Position numbers and translations under genes: made by a program. A stretch of DNA of 64,000 bases from Schmidtea polychroa (taxonomy: Eukaryota): assembly GCA_044892525.1 (NCBI GenBank), contig CM097886.1, positions 158,968,001 through 159,032,000 of the forward strand. Reading direction: 5' to 3'. Positions 35,831 through 49,547 of this stretch are shown one piece after another. The notes beneath the pieces were generated by a model. The model searched no databases. It was not told where the DNA came from and saw only the letters and a program-made list of their open reading frames with translations. Position 1 is the stretch's first letter; every line of letters begins with the position of its first letter.

Positions 35831-36042
35831 CTGTATTTTCCCGCATAAAGCCCGAATAGGCAGATAACCCGCACACTCATATACCCCGCGGGTTTTTAAG
35901 TTCTGTGTCAAAATTAACCAATATAGTAAAATAACCAATACGCGTAACATGGTTTGATAAAACCCGCGCCTATATATACAACCCTCCCTGCGGAGTATGT
36001 AAAATTTGGTATAACCCGCGTGTTATATGCGGAAAAATACGG
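35831..36042. mobile_element. Tc2/pogo-type MITE (212 bp)
   Basis: TIR CTGTATTTTCCCGCATA / TATGCGGAAAAATACGG, TA TSD on both sides, internal AACCCGC repeats. Confidence 0.85.
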
Positions 36043-37179
36043 TATGTGTAATTTCCTTTACAATTTTTGGAAAACTGTTAAAATAAAATCTGTAAATAAC
36101 AAAATGATTACTTTAGTTTTTCAGAATTAGTTAGACATCTGAAATACATTTTAACTTAGAAAATGAATCTAAGAAAATCATAATTTATTACTTTGTCATT
36201 AAAACACTCCCGTGTAAGGTATCTAATCACGAAATCACAGGATTTTCATATTTTATGAAATTTTATCAATTAGTATAGTATTTTAAATTTTTGTTGACTA
36301 TGTAAGAATATTTCTGTTTGTCTTTTATATTCCAGCAATAATGTTGAAAATATTATTTTTAGTATGTTTTTGAATTTATGAATAACAAGAGATTTATTGT
36401 TATTAGTTATTTTCAATGTAATACTTTTATGAAACTAATAAAATTGGTAAATATTATATTGAAAAATTAATGCGATCTGATTATGGTTTTTTGAATTAAT
36501 ATTATTGAAGAATATAAATCCCAGGATTTCGGGATTAAAAAATAGTAGTAAAAAAAAGTAATGAAATAGTAATAATAAAACAGTTATCTTATGAAATAGT
36601 TTATTTAAAATTTTGATAACACTTATTTTATTATTACTAAAAATACATTTATTTATTAAAATACAACATTTAAACCTTAATCCTGGAATCTCGGGATTAA
36701 AAAACTGTTGGGTACCCTACCATTCATACAATGAATTCAAAATTGGTTATTTCATAAATGACATGCGGTAATTTTTTACACGTAACTAGTTTCGATACCT
36801 GGCTAAGCTCATTAAAAAAATTGGGAATTATGATATTTCGAACATCAATGTTATGCATAAATATGACATATTACTAACAAAAATGATGGAAATTTTAATT
36901 ATTATTTGCATTCTAACCAAATGTTATATTCAAGACACGTAGTTCTTTCAAAATGTATATGAAGCATCCTTTATAAAATAATTTTACTTTAGCAATATTT
37001 TAATGAAATAATAATAATTATCTATGGTTACAAAAATATAGTTTTTTTTAATATTCACCTGCATAGCAACGTGGAAGAGCCCATTTTCAATTTATTAGTA
37101 AAATCATGCTACATCCTGTCGAGTATCGAAGTATGATTTAATTCTTTGTTTTGCGTGATAATAACAGTCAGCAAATATA

Positions 37180-37640
37180 AAATTAGTTGCAGACAACCTA
37201 TGGAAATATCTGTCCCTTTCGTATCACAATCTACGACTGGATTAGTAAGTTCAAAATTTGTCGCCAGTAAGTGTTTGATGATGAAAAAGTAGGTCGTCCT
37301 TTTGGAATTTCCGACCAAAAAAAGAGGAATGTCTGCAAATTGTGAAAGAATAACGCCGAATCACTATCAAGAATATCTCGTAGTGGTTGAATGTGAGTTC
37401 AGGAGGTGTGCATACCATCCTAAATAAATCTGGCGTAAGAAAATCGACATCCAAGCTCATTTCGCGTTATCTTTCCTTTGAGATGTGTGATAACGGAAGC
37501 GAATGTTGCTACTCAAATCTTGTCATTTTTGATGAACTTGGATATCAATTCCTAAGAATTATCAATACTGTGGATGAAACCCTTTTATCCCTGTGTGTTG
37601 TAGATTTGCAACAGAATGTGGAACTTTTCTTATAGATATT
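37180..37640 (+). pseudogene. Mariner transposase remnant
   Basis: DD..GRP, LNVSSGGVHTIL...RKSTSKLISR.L, and FLRIINTVDET (first catalytic D of the I.TGDETW motif). Confidence 0.7.
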
Positions 37641-39169
37641 AATACTAAATGAGGAACTCCTCAATCTGTTCTGCAAGCATGGCGATTTAATAATAACTTT
37701 TAGATAATTTAAAAATAAAAAAATTTCCTGCCATCTAGCCTATTTTATATTAAAGGAAAAGGTGGCAAGCAAACATACAGTTATATATTTAAAATTGTGG
37801 TTTTATTAGAATTTATTTTAAAAACAATTCAAGAGAATAAACAACATAATATAATGTAATAAATATATTTCTTTACAATTTTAATATCTACAATTTTTAA
37901 TTATACAAAATTTATTTATCTTTATCAATCATTTATGTGCAAATTGAATCTTGAANNNNNNNNNNNNNNNNNNNNNNNNNNNNNNNNNNNNNNNNNNNNN
38001 NNNNNNNNNNNNNNNNNNNNNNNNNNNNNNNNNNNNNNNNNNNNNNNNNNNNNNNNNNNNNNNNNNNNNNNNNNNNNNNNNNNNNNNNNNNNNNNNNNNN
38101 NNNNNNNNNNNNNNNTTTATTTTATGATCTTTCTTCCGCATGAATAAAGATTTTATTACGTAGTTATAAACATAAAAATAAAGATAGAATCCTTAGGAAA
38201 ATCAACCAATTATTATTCATTAATTTTATATATTTCATATTCTTTTGAGATTCATATTATGCAATACAATTATTCTTTGATAAATGGAATTTATTTTTAA
38301 ATATCCTGACATATTTTTGCTGTATTCTAATTGTGTATGACAACTGGGATCTGAAGTTTTATTTCAATTTACCTATCTATTTAATTTTCCAATGTCTCAT
38401 AATAACGAAAATTTAAGTTTTCTCGGTAACTTTTATATTGTTTTATTGTTACTAAAATTTCATAATTCATTTTAATTGACATTGTTATAGTTTGGTATTA
38501 AAATATATTGAGTGTGGCTCAAAGTAACGAAAAATATCAAACATTTTCTTTAAGTTTTATTTATCAAATTTTTTGAAGAAGTTTCTATTTTTTAATGTCC
38601 ATCTTCTAGTTGAGTATACATTATTGTAAATGCTAACTTAGTTATTTTTAGAATGGTCAATTTGAAAATAAATGAACGATTTATTGTGTTTTTTAAATTA
38701 TAAACATAAATTAAAAATTTGCTGATATTTGTATTTATTATTTAAAATAGATGAACAAATGAAAATAATTGTCTAACTATTTTATATAATTATATAATTA
38801 AATTAAATTTTTAAGACGAATTTTAGAAAATTTGTGTTAAATTAGAATTTATTGACCTATTGTTTAATAAAAATGAAGACAAAGAAATAGAAATTAAAAA
38901 TAATCGAGCAATAGTGAAGATACAATTTTTGAGAAACAATATATATCTAATAATTCCTTGGTATTTCCGATAAATTATGGAGATTTTTATCATATTAAGT
39001 TCTATATGAAATCAGCTGCTGTAGAATTATTTAAAAGAAGCTTTAAAATAAGTATTTTGCGTAAGAATTATTTTCATATCCCATTTTTATTTTTAAATAT
39101 TTCAATTAAATTAAACTAGAAAATTGGTTTATTACATTATACTATTCAATTTTCAATATGCCGTGCATA

Positions 39170-39280
39170 TAGGGTTGTCAATAGGTTCTCTTTTTAAAAA
39201 TATTTTTGTTCTTTCTTTTTTATTATTTATATAAATGTCCTCTTTTTAAAATTTTGCTAATTAATAATTATTTAATAATG
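39170..39280 (+). repeat. Solitary end of the same hAT family as 18879-21496
   Basis: TAGGGTTGTCAA followed by GTTCTCTTTTT subterminal repeats resembling the 21.4 kb end. Confidence 0.6.
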
Positions 39281-39704
39281 CACAAAAGATAAATTTACTC
39301 TCTAAATTTGAAAAATAAATTAACAACACTATTATTGTGTGTAAAAGTAAAAAGCATGTGGAATTTTGATCTAGTCAATCTAGTGTTGTCCACATAGGTT
39401 AGGTGGGGTAGGGTTTGCAAAAATAACACATATATTTATTATGTGTATTTTTTTTGCAATACCTGGCCAAAACGCGATTGTCGAGAAAATATTTACATGA
39501 TCGGTGAACATGGACTTAGGAGACAAATGAACTTAAAATTGCCACTGTACGCGGAATTTTAAAAATAGTTTATAATTATAAGAACATTTCATCTATTTTT
39601 ATAATGAAATAAAAGAAAATAATAAAATACTACTCCAAATTAGTAGTGTGGATAAATACTAAAACGACGAAAGTGAGAATGATGTTTGAAAAATGACTAC
39701 ATTT

Positions 39705-40843
39705 AATTTTTATTGAATTTATTGAAAAGAGAGTTTGAAGATTATAAATCAGTAATATATCGATGTTTTTTGATACTCACGAATTTTTGGCACTGCCTTT
39801 TTCAAGTGGATTTGATCATTATCGCATTTACCAATTATTGCTGGCGAAAAATAAATTTATTTCATATTTTATAATAAATTTATTGGTTTAATTATATTTT
39901 AATTATTTAAATAATATTTCCTATTTTTTATATTTTATTTTATAAAAAATCATCTTAAATTTTATATATTTTAATTTGAATCCAAATTTAAATAAATGTC
40001 TCAGGGATTTTTTTAATTTAGTTGAATGTTGATAAACGGTTTAAGTTTTTTGATACAAAGAGTCTCTGCGGCTAATCTTTGCAATTTATTTTTGAACGCA
40101 TCATGTAATATTTTGCACTTTTTTTCGTGTATGAGTGGTGCTGATTTGTGCACTTTTTTCCAGTGTTCGTGATAATGGTTGGTTTTGTTTTTTTGTTCGT
40201 TGAGTCTTTTTTGGAACGTTCTGTGTTTCGCCTATGTACGATGCGTCACATCTTGTGCAAGTAATTTGGTATACAATGTTTTTTGAGAAGCAAAAACATT
40301 TGGTGGAGGATTGGCATATACAATCTCGATGAAATATGTCAGGTACTAGAGATTTTTGAGACTTACGAAGCTGTGATTTCAAAGGTGCAGCGGTTGTGAA
40401 AATTGGGCGAATATGAACTGGCAACTCCATATTGCGAATGTAAGCTCTGATTATATTACATGTCATATTGTTTAAAAAAGGGTATATTACTGGCTTATTG
40501 ACATGTTCCCTTTGTGTATTATGCCTATTAGAGTTATATTCACTCAAGAAATATTTTTTCTACGAACTCCTTTGGGTATCCATTTTGTAAAAACCGTGTT
40601 TTAAAGTTTTCTAGGGTTTCTTGTGTTTTCGTTTTGTCCGAACAGTTCCGTATTGCTCTTTTTCTCTCCTACTAATAGAGCGATTTTTGTTTGGAGTGGA
40701 ACGTGACTTTCCTAAGGAAGAATGTGCCCACTGTGCAGACTTTTAGTGAATAAATCTGTCTTGAACGTGAGAGTGTTTGGACCTTCAGAAGAACTTATCA
40801 TTATTATTTATTATTTAGTGGTATTTGAATTAAATCATAAAAA
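39705..40843 (-). mobile_element. Penelope-like element, 5'-truncated (RT thumb + GIY-YIG + pLTR), copy A
   Basis: FLQNGYPKEFVE thumb; NIVYQITCTRCDASYIGET GIY-YIG; frameshifted; inverted near-identical partner at 49548-50775. Confidence 0.88.
39776..39810 (-). ncRNA. Minimal hammerhead ribozyme variant in PLE pLTR (G12A, probably inactive)
   Basis: Minus strand: TCCAC TTGAAAA A GGC AGT GCC AAA AATT C GTGAG. Confidence 0.55.
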
Positions 40844-40872
40844 GTATTTTTCTACGAACTCCTTTGGGTATC

Positions 40873-41691
40873 TGTGGTGAATGTATTAAGCAAATCTGGT
40901 TTCCTTGCTTTTATAGAATTAGATGATGAAGTCATGAAGTCACAAATATTTATAGAATCACAAAATATACGAGGAAACATTTTATTATTTTTAAATTACA
41001 ACTTTCTTAAAATATAAATTCGAAAACTCCCAATTTACTTGAAAAAGTAAAACAAACATGATTTGATTTAATATCCATAAATAAAAATGATTTATTTATT
41101 ATAACTCAAAAAAATACGATATTCCTTGATTAACAAAAAAATGTATTTAATTGTTCACTACTAATCATAAAAAGTAACAATTAATTATCAAGCTTCCAAT
41201 TTATTCAGATATCCCAATCAAATTATTTGTCCGTTATTTCTTGGATCCATAATTGATTTGTGTAGTGGTTGGATAACAAATATATTCGGGTTCATATTAT
41301 TGTTAGGATTTTTTACATATTTCGCGAATTATAATGGATGAAGATGTTGGTCTATGAGAGCCAACACTAAAACTATTAGGGGCCGAATACAGTTAATCTT
41401 GATAATAATAACATGGCATCGAATTTGCTTTACTCGTCTAAGATTGATTAATAGAGCCTGTTTGATAAGTAGAAGTATTAGCTGATTGCATGAATTTTGA
41501 TCGACTCTTGGAATGAGATAGAGTAGACTGCGATGTTCCAGCTAATGTGCAATTATAGGTGATATTTGATTGGCCATAATTGTGTTCTGATTGATCCTTA
41601 TTCGCTAATGATCGCCCATTTATATATAATATAATATAATATAATATAATATAATATAATATTTATATAGATTTTGTTAAGGCTCACTACA
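40873..41691. mobile_element. 819-bp TG...CA insertion (solo LTR or Ginger-like MITE)
   Basis: TGTGGTGA...TCACTACA termini, perfect 5-bp TSD GTATC (40868-40872 and 41692-41696); it splits a short PLE fragment (40846-40872 + 41692-41755) and contains a (TATAA)n run. Confidence 0.8.
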
Positions 41692-42449
41692 GTATCCATT
41701 TTTTAAAAACCGTGTTTTAAAGTTTTCAAGCGTTTCTTTATTTTCGTTTAAAATTTAATTAAAAGATTTTACAAAAAAATAAAGTTAATTAAAGTTAAAT
41801 CACTAACACTCCATGAACGTAAAAGTTTAATCAAGAGTTCAGAACTAAGATCAGAATTTTTACAATTACTATATAAATACAAAATCTAAATTTTGCTGTT
41901 CATTCACTTTTTTTGTTGATAAAGAATAATTCATTACATTTTCTAATTATGGTTTACTATACACTGATTTTGTTATTAGAAAATATTTAGAAACTTCAAC
42001 TTTTTAAGTGGGTTACAATTTGCCATCTGTCCGTTATTTATTTCATAAAATTGAATTATTTAGCTTTTTGATGCCAACACCTGTTCTAATATATTATGGA
42101 TTATTTTTATCTTACATAAAAACGACATATATTATAAACTGAAGTTTTTCAATTAGGGTTCCACGAATGAAATAGTTATGAATAGGATAACTATAGGAAG
42201 TTATTTTGTGTGTGAATGCTGTAGTGCCTCCGACATTCCAATTAATAAATATATTAATTTATTTAAGTTACAAATCCATTATTAAATTAGGCAAATTAAA
42301 TCACGTTGTTTAACCCTTAAATTCATGATTTTTCCAAATTCAAAAATAAAAATATTTTTAAAATATCAATATCACATCTATTAAAATAATTTGAAAACAC
42401 AATGACTCGGTGTTTTGTTACACTTACTTAACACTGTGCATTTGAGTTC

Positions 42450-43620
42450 CTTTATTGCATGTATATTGATTTATAAGCACCTAAATAAAGGTTTTCATCC
42501 GACGCTGGAATGTCACATCGGATGTTCTTGGCCAAACATTCAGTCAACCTCAAGAGTTATTCCCATCTGCATTTACCACAACCTCTTCGCGTTACATGCA
42601 CAAAAATGCATTACAGGCTGTACTTTTATGATTCGTCACTCAAACAAATCACAATACGACAAAAACTACTCCAATTCCCCCCAAAAACTAACTTCGCTTT
42701 CTGTGAACCATTGACCTTCAGGCAGCGTCTTTACGATCAACAATTATTTTCGATTCCAGCTCATCAATTCACTTCCTCGTCGATTCCGGGTCATCATTTT
42801 CGATCCTTCAAAATTTAACTCCCTCCTCTGTCTTGGCTGCCAATGGTACACAGATTCAATTTCTGGGAACAAAAAAAATGCCATTCACGATACCGGCACT
42901 GAAATCAACTTTCACTCACACCTTCCACATAGCAGGCACGATTCATCCAATACTAGACTCAGACTTCCTCTGGAAACAATCCCTCGTGGTAAACTGTAAA
43001 AATCGATGACTATTCACTATAAATCTGCACCTCCATCCTACACCTACAAATATATCATCAACGCAAACATTTCTAGCGACAAAATTCAGCTCTATCCAAT
43101 CTACTTTCACGATGGAACACAATTAACACATGTTGAATGTTGAGCATTCAGCTAATCCGGAGCCAATGCACGACATGATCAAAATAATCTCAACAACATA
43201 ATCAAACCCTCTTACAAAATCCGTTACCATACCACCTACAACCCTGTTGACAAATTATATCCTTCACCATGAACGTAACCAATATACGTAGCCACGCGGC
43301 GACTTCCGTCAACTCAATCAAGTGACTATTCGCAACACATACCCAACTTATCAAAGATCTAATAACATGCTTTTCACAATCCACCATATTCTCAACTATA
43401 GACATCTCGAAAGCATATCACCAGTTTCCCATCTACATCTATGATGTTCCCAAAACCTTTGGCACCACATCATTTAGAAATTTCGAATACATGTTCATGC
43501 CTTTTGGCCTCAGAAACGTAGTTAAGTCCTTACAACGTTTTATGGATATCATTTTTCGTGACGTTCCCCAAACTTTTGTATCCCATGATGATATAATCAT
43601 AGGCCGTTACATCCACACTA
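42450..43620 (+). pseudogene. Ty3/Gypsy pol remnant (protease-RT region)
   Basis: GDFRQLNQVTIRNTYP, FSTIDISKAYHQFPI, MPFGLRN..KSLQRFMD and FVSHDDII (decayed YxDD); higher GC than flanks. Confidence 0.85.
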
Positions 43621-45439
43621 TTTGGGTATCCAAATGTGGAGGCTACCTACTACACAAAGTGAACTGACACACTAAACTCCCAATCACCATTTCCCACTGG
43701 CTCTTTTCATCGATCTCATAATTTTTGGCCGCTGCCATTGTCAGGTGTATTCAGCTGAGAATTAAATATTTCAATGATTTATTAAGATTAAATGATAAAT
43801 AATTGACTATTAAAATAACTTTTAGAAAAATTTTTAAATTGAAATTTTAAAGTTGAAAAATTAAACAAGCTTTTTAAATAAAGTTTTATTAGTAAATAAT
43901 TTTTAAATAAATATATTTTAAATATCAAAATTTTAATAAATGGCTTTGAAAATATTTTATTCAACGCTGAAAATTTATTTGAAAATTATACAATATTTCA
44001 TTAAATAAATACTTGGAATTATGACGTTAACTTTTGAACCGGATTTAAAAAATAAATTAGAAGATGAGTTAGCAGCTTCTAATAGCCATATTTCCTTAAT
44101 CTTCAGCATGTTCGATAATTTCCATTTTCCCCAGGGCCTATTGGTTAAAATAATTTTCGTTAACGGAATCTTTTCAAAAGTGAATAATATTCATGGCGAT
44201 GTTTTTTAAATTATATTCCAATTAACTCAAAAGTTTAATTGATTTTTGATTGATCATACTTGGACACACTATATCCGAATTTAGACGGAAAGTTTAAAGA
44301 AAAATTTTAAAGTTGGGGTACGGGCTATATAACTTAAAAAGAAAGATTTTAAATATATTGAATTTTAAGGGTGACGGCTATATACAGAAATTTAGGGTTA
44401 GTTTGTATTACTTAAATATTGGTATTGATGTTAAAGTTTGGAATTGTAATTAGTTAACATTTGCTTATAGATGAAGTTTTTATTTGCTTTGGAATATTTT
44501 AGAAATAAAATTGACGCATAAATTTCTAATTAAAATTTTGTTAAAATGATCNNNNNNNNNNNNNNNNNNNNNNNNNNNNNNNNNNNNNNNNNNNNNNNNN
44601 NNNNNNNNNNNNNNNNNNNNNNNNNNNNNNNNNNNNNNNNNNNNNNNNNNNNNNNNNNNNNNNNNNNNNNNNNNNNNNNNNNNNNNNNNNNNNNNNNNNN
44701 NNNNNNNNNNNNNNNNNNNNNNNNNNNNNNNNNNNNNNNNNNNNNNNNNTTGAATAAACACCTGTTGTATATAATTGCGTTTCATTGTGAAAGTGATTAT
44801 TGATTACCTTATAGTATGAGAAGAAAACACTTTTTGGGTTATAATTATTCATCTAGAAATACAATTTTTGAATTTTTTAATGATTCCAAATACATTGTAT
44901 TAAAATAACCATTTCAATATTTTGCGCCACTTGCCACGCTCCATAAGTTTGAAATTCGTCATATTTTAATAACTGAATCGCGACTAAAACTTTCACAATT
45001 GATTTTTGAACGCCCATGAAAATATAGCAATAAAAATATTCTTATAAGTCTTTGTGGTACACATTTAAGAAAAACTGAATTAAATTAAAAAATTTTCCGA
45101 TCCCCAGAAATTTGAATGTAAAAGTTTTAGCTGTAAAATACACCCATTCTTCAATTTACACGGAAGATAGGTTCCATGACAAATAGTGTAAATTAAAACT
45201 GTGTAAAAATGACACAGAATACATATAAAACAGTGAATCTTTGAACCCTGTAAATTTATTCAACGAATAAAAAGAAAATTCATAGATACGTTCATAATAA
45301 CCTTATAATACGAATCAAGTATTTAATGAAGAAAATGGACATTGGTTCTTAGTAAATTGATATAATAAAAATATAAAATAATAATATTCGATTCGAAATA
45401 AAGAAACAAATTAAAAAAAACAAATTAAAGATATACATC

Positions 45440-45900
45440 AATTAACTATATTCCGCAAATAAAATATATAAAAAGCATTATTCTTCGCAAGAGCTTTCAA
45501 AACCTGGGATTCATTTTTCCTTTGGTTGTAATATAATATCATTATCATAGTTGGTAATAAAAATTTCATTGTCTTTATTGTCTTTACGACTTCACGAGTT
45601 TGTTGCGCATCTTTTTAAATGTCTTCATATTGACTAAGAGTAATTTTTATTATTCATCGAAATTTCAAGGCTCTTTCGGTACTAAATTCTGTTTAAAAAA
45701 TCTATTTGCAATTCTTTACTTGGTCAAAGCCTTTCAGAAATTATATTTATGGTAAATCTTTCTACCACATTGCTGATGTCAGAACAGATTTTCCTAATGT
45801 CATCGGGCTCCGGATTTACCAAATGAACTACATCAGCAATTTCAGTATCCTCCAAAAACTCTTCTATGTCACGAATAACAAAAGCATTGATTCCTTTACA
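45440..45900 (-). pseudogene. Possible piggyBac transposase N-terminal remnant
   Basis: EFLEDTEIADVVHLVNPEPDD resembles the acidic ..DI...PPEPD N-terminus; no catalytic motifs seen. Confidence 0.25.
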
Positions 45901-46525
45901 TCCAGTAGAATACACTAGGTATATTACATCGGCATGTACATTTTCGGTGGACAAAACTACATTTTTTTTGAAACATACTTAAAACAAATTTTTTTTTAAT
46001 TCAAAAACCGTATAAATCGGGAGATGGATGTACTTAATTGTGGATTATTATAAATATTGACTGAAATATTGACCCATTTTCTTGTACATGATGTCCTATG
46101 GAATTTCGTTTAATGTTAAACTCGTGGTGTAAATATTTATAATATTCGCTGTATAATGATAAAAAAAATCTTTTGCTAGTCCATCTGATAATTTTAGAAT
46201 GTTATTTTTAGTTCGAATACATTACAATTTTATATGAAAACAAAATGCATTAATATTATTCGAATAATAATTCATTATTGGCCAATTGCGAACATTTGCA
46301 TTTAATAATCAACATTTTTTTCTTTATTTTCCATGACAATGAATCAAAAATTTGTATGGAAACTTTAATTTTTTACTCAGTTGTCAGCCGAAAAAAAAGA
46401 GTGTAAATCTAACATTTCTTCGATCAGAATAACGAAAAATATTTTATTAATGACTTAAATAAATATTATTTATTTATTTTGAATTAAATGAAATCACTAT
46501 GGCAATAAATTTAATGAATATTCAG

Positions 46526-46690
46526 CTATAGAAGAACTTGAGAAAGTTAAAATGAATATGAAGCAATCAGTGGCGATATTTTCCTCCAGACTTGTCAGGC
46601 AGTTAAAGCGTAGAGACCATGCATTAGCAAAAATGCAGAAGAATTGCGATATATTAACGGCAATTCTACAAGCTTCGTCCTTGAAAAGAA
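46526..46690 (+). CDS. TBC1D30: TBC1D30 coding exon 2 (165 nt, phase 1-1; missed by the ORF track)
   Basis: IEELEKVKMNMKQSVAIFSSRLVRQLKRRDHALAKMQKNCDILTAILQASSLKR matches the recalled human ..SAKLLRHLKQKDRLLHKVQRNCDIVTACLQAVSQKR; TTCAG acceptor, GTAAAT donor; splicing to 56711 gives KRREDTKLKF. Confidence 0.9.
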
Positions 46691-48149
46691 GTAAATTAAT
46701 AATTTAAATAAAAATTTTGAGCAAATTTTTTGCAAATTTTCGGTTTTAGTTGTTCGTTTTTATTCTTAAAATTATTTTTATCGATTTTTGTTTTTGCAAT
46801 TCTTTTTTTTCACTATAAGTTAAACTTTTATTATTATATTTTTAGTAAGATTTCTATGAATTTTTCGTTTTAAGTTTGTCTAAACGATTTCATGTTAATT
46901 TATTAAAATTCTTTAACTGTTGAATAAATTTTATTTCTCATTTATTTGTAATGTGAATGAACATTTGATCATTTATTATGACGACATGTAACACGTTTTA
47001 TTTGACTTTATTTTCAAATCAAATTTAGATAATTTGGAAATTCTGGAATCATAACACGGCATATTTATTTAATATTTCAATTATTGTCTTAGTCTCTTTG
47101 ACATAGGAACAATATCAGTGAAAATTTTACAATCGAAGATATTTAAAATTGAAGTCTTCTTGTTTCTTTTTATCAAATTTATAATATTATTATTCATACA
47201 TTTAATATTGTTTTATATTTTGCTATTCCAAATTTTATTTCTTTACATAATTTCAACCCTTTCACAGTAGAATACATTTGGAATTTTTGTGATCTTTGAG
47301 ATGGTCCTTTTTTTGGTATTTGCTCATGAGCATATAGAAATGTTTATCAGTAATATGGGAATGGTTTCCTCTGGTATCATGGGATGGTCTGTTTCAGCGT
47401 TGAACTGAGTTTGAGGTACTTTTAATGAAAATCTAAAGGATAAGAAAACATAAATAACAATATAATTTGTGTCATCATAAATTAAACATACCAGATAAAA
47501 TAATCAAATTAAATAATCAGCCAATCTAATTTGCAATAATTCGAGTAAATATATTATTGATTATTTATAAGTAAAGAAAAGAATATTTTTTTTTATTATC
47601 AATGAATGTTTTGGTAAATTATTATTACTTATTTGTCGATTGTTGTCTTGTTTACAAAAGTAACATTATTGGTAAAATGTATTTTGTCTGTAATATTTTG
47701 GTTAGAATTTAAAGCATATTTTGTTTATGAATTCTATTGAATTTAATATAATAGAGCAATTGTTAATAATTCACATAAATCAGGTTAGTGAAGCATAGAT
47801 TAAATGGAGCAAAACATGTCATAATATGGCTAAAACCTGAAATAAAATGTAAACATTAACTACATACGTTTGTTACATATATATATATATATATATATAT
47901 GCATTGAATGAGACATTATAAATGTCTGAAACATCAACTTTGACAATTATCACCTTAAAAATCGGACATTTTAAATTTGAATTTGCCATTCCGTGTCATT
48001 ATTGTATACTTGTCAATTTCATTAACAGTATTTTACTGGTAAACAGCCCAGCCAATGAATCTCAAAGAAAAGAAACATATGCAATATTTAATTACAAATG
48101 CTCTAATTTTAAATTTTAAAATGGAAATATTGCTTTGTTTTAAACTGTA

Positions 48150-48800
48150 GCATTGTCTATCTAGAAAAGAGTCTATGTTTGATGTAATCATCTCTCTCCT
48201 TACCTCTTGTTACAGCAAGCAGGCATATGACAGGACTCTGGTGCTTATTTCTACATCTTCGATATGATTAGTCAACTTTGTAACATTCAGAGGACTGTGT
48301 AAAATGTTGACAATTTCAGCATCGCTCATTTTAGCCAGGAAAGATATCTCTTTCAGTCCATTTATCTAGAATGTTTTGAATGCTTTGAACATGTTGACTG
48401 AACTGGACCCATTACAAACATTAATTTGCACTTTATCTTTAACCATATTGGATCACTGAATTTAATGATAATATTTCAATTTTCATCAACCATGTGATAG
48501 TTTTTTAATTGAGATATACAACTTCAAGATAGTGATTTATCTCGACATACAATGAGGACACGGCAAAAAACGGCTGCAAAATCAACATCTACTTCGCCAC
48601 TGATAATGGCTTTCTAGTGTGATAAAGGTATTTTTAATTTCAGCTTAAGTCTTGGACTAAATCCTTACATAATATGGGAAAATCTTGAAATCTGACAAGC
48701 TGAAACTCCAAAACGGACAATTTAAATAAGTATTCCTGGATTCATTTTCTTAAAAGGCCACGCTAGCGTTCTAGTTCATCGTGGTGGGTAGAAAATTGAG
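48150..48800 (-). pseudogene. Old hATm-type transposase remnant
   Basis: Minus strand QDLS*N*KYL (DLS.DQ.YL-like) and NHIEDVEISTRVLSYA (H.QAVER.VK.VTEA-like); many stops. Confidence 0.4.
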
Positions 48801-49547
48801 CTGAATAGAATATCAAATAGTTTCATAATTTATTCTTTGAATTCAGTAACTTTTTTCTTGACCTTATTTCTGTTAACTTCAAGTCTTTACTACACAACCT
48901 CTTCATACGATTTTCGACAGTTTTATGCGAAGCAATAGTACTATCAGTAAATAAATATTTAACCAATGGCAAAATGGAACTTTTACTAAACTAAATTAGT
49001 TCCTGATTAGCTGATTATTTTATGTAATTACTAATGAGCTCTTAAACGATTGGGAAAATGACTACTTTTGACTGGAAATAAAATAAATTAATTCAGTTGA
49101 ATGAAAATTATTATGAAAATCATCAATAATTAAGAACTATATTTTGCTGTTTCAATATGAGAAAACGCGTGAAATTGAAAAAAATTCAGTTTTATCTCGT
49201 TTACATTTTCTAAATTTGCATGGCGTGTTAAAAGTTTTCCCATCGTTGGATTAGATATTAGTAACGTGTTAATATTATAATTAGTTTGTCAAGATAATTG
49301 AAATTCTGAGGAAATATCAGATTCAAAAATATTGGAATATTATCTTAGTTAAAATTATCATATTTTATTATTTATTTCAATTTACGATTTAATAACATGA
49401 TGAAGATTCAATAATTTTTTGATTATTTCAAAAACAAATAAATAAGTAAATAGTTTGTGAAAAAATAAAACAGTGAATCTTGATATTCCCAAATTTCGAC
49501 AAATAGCAAAACAAATAACGACTACTATCGTAATTTAGTTTTGAAAA

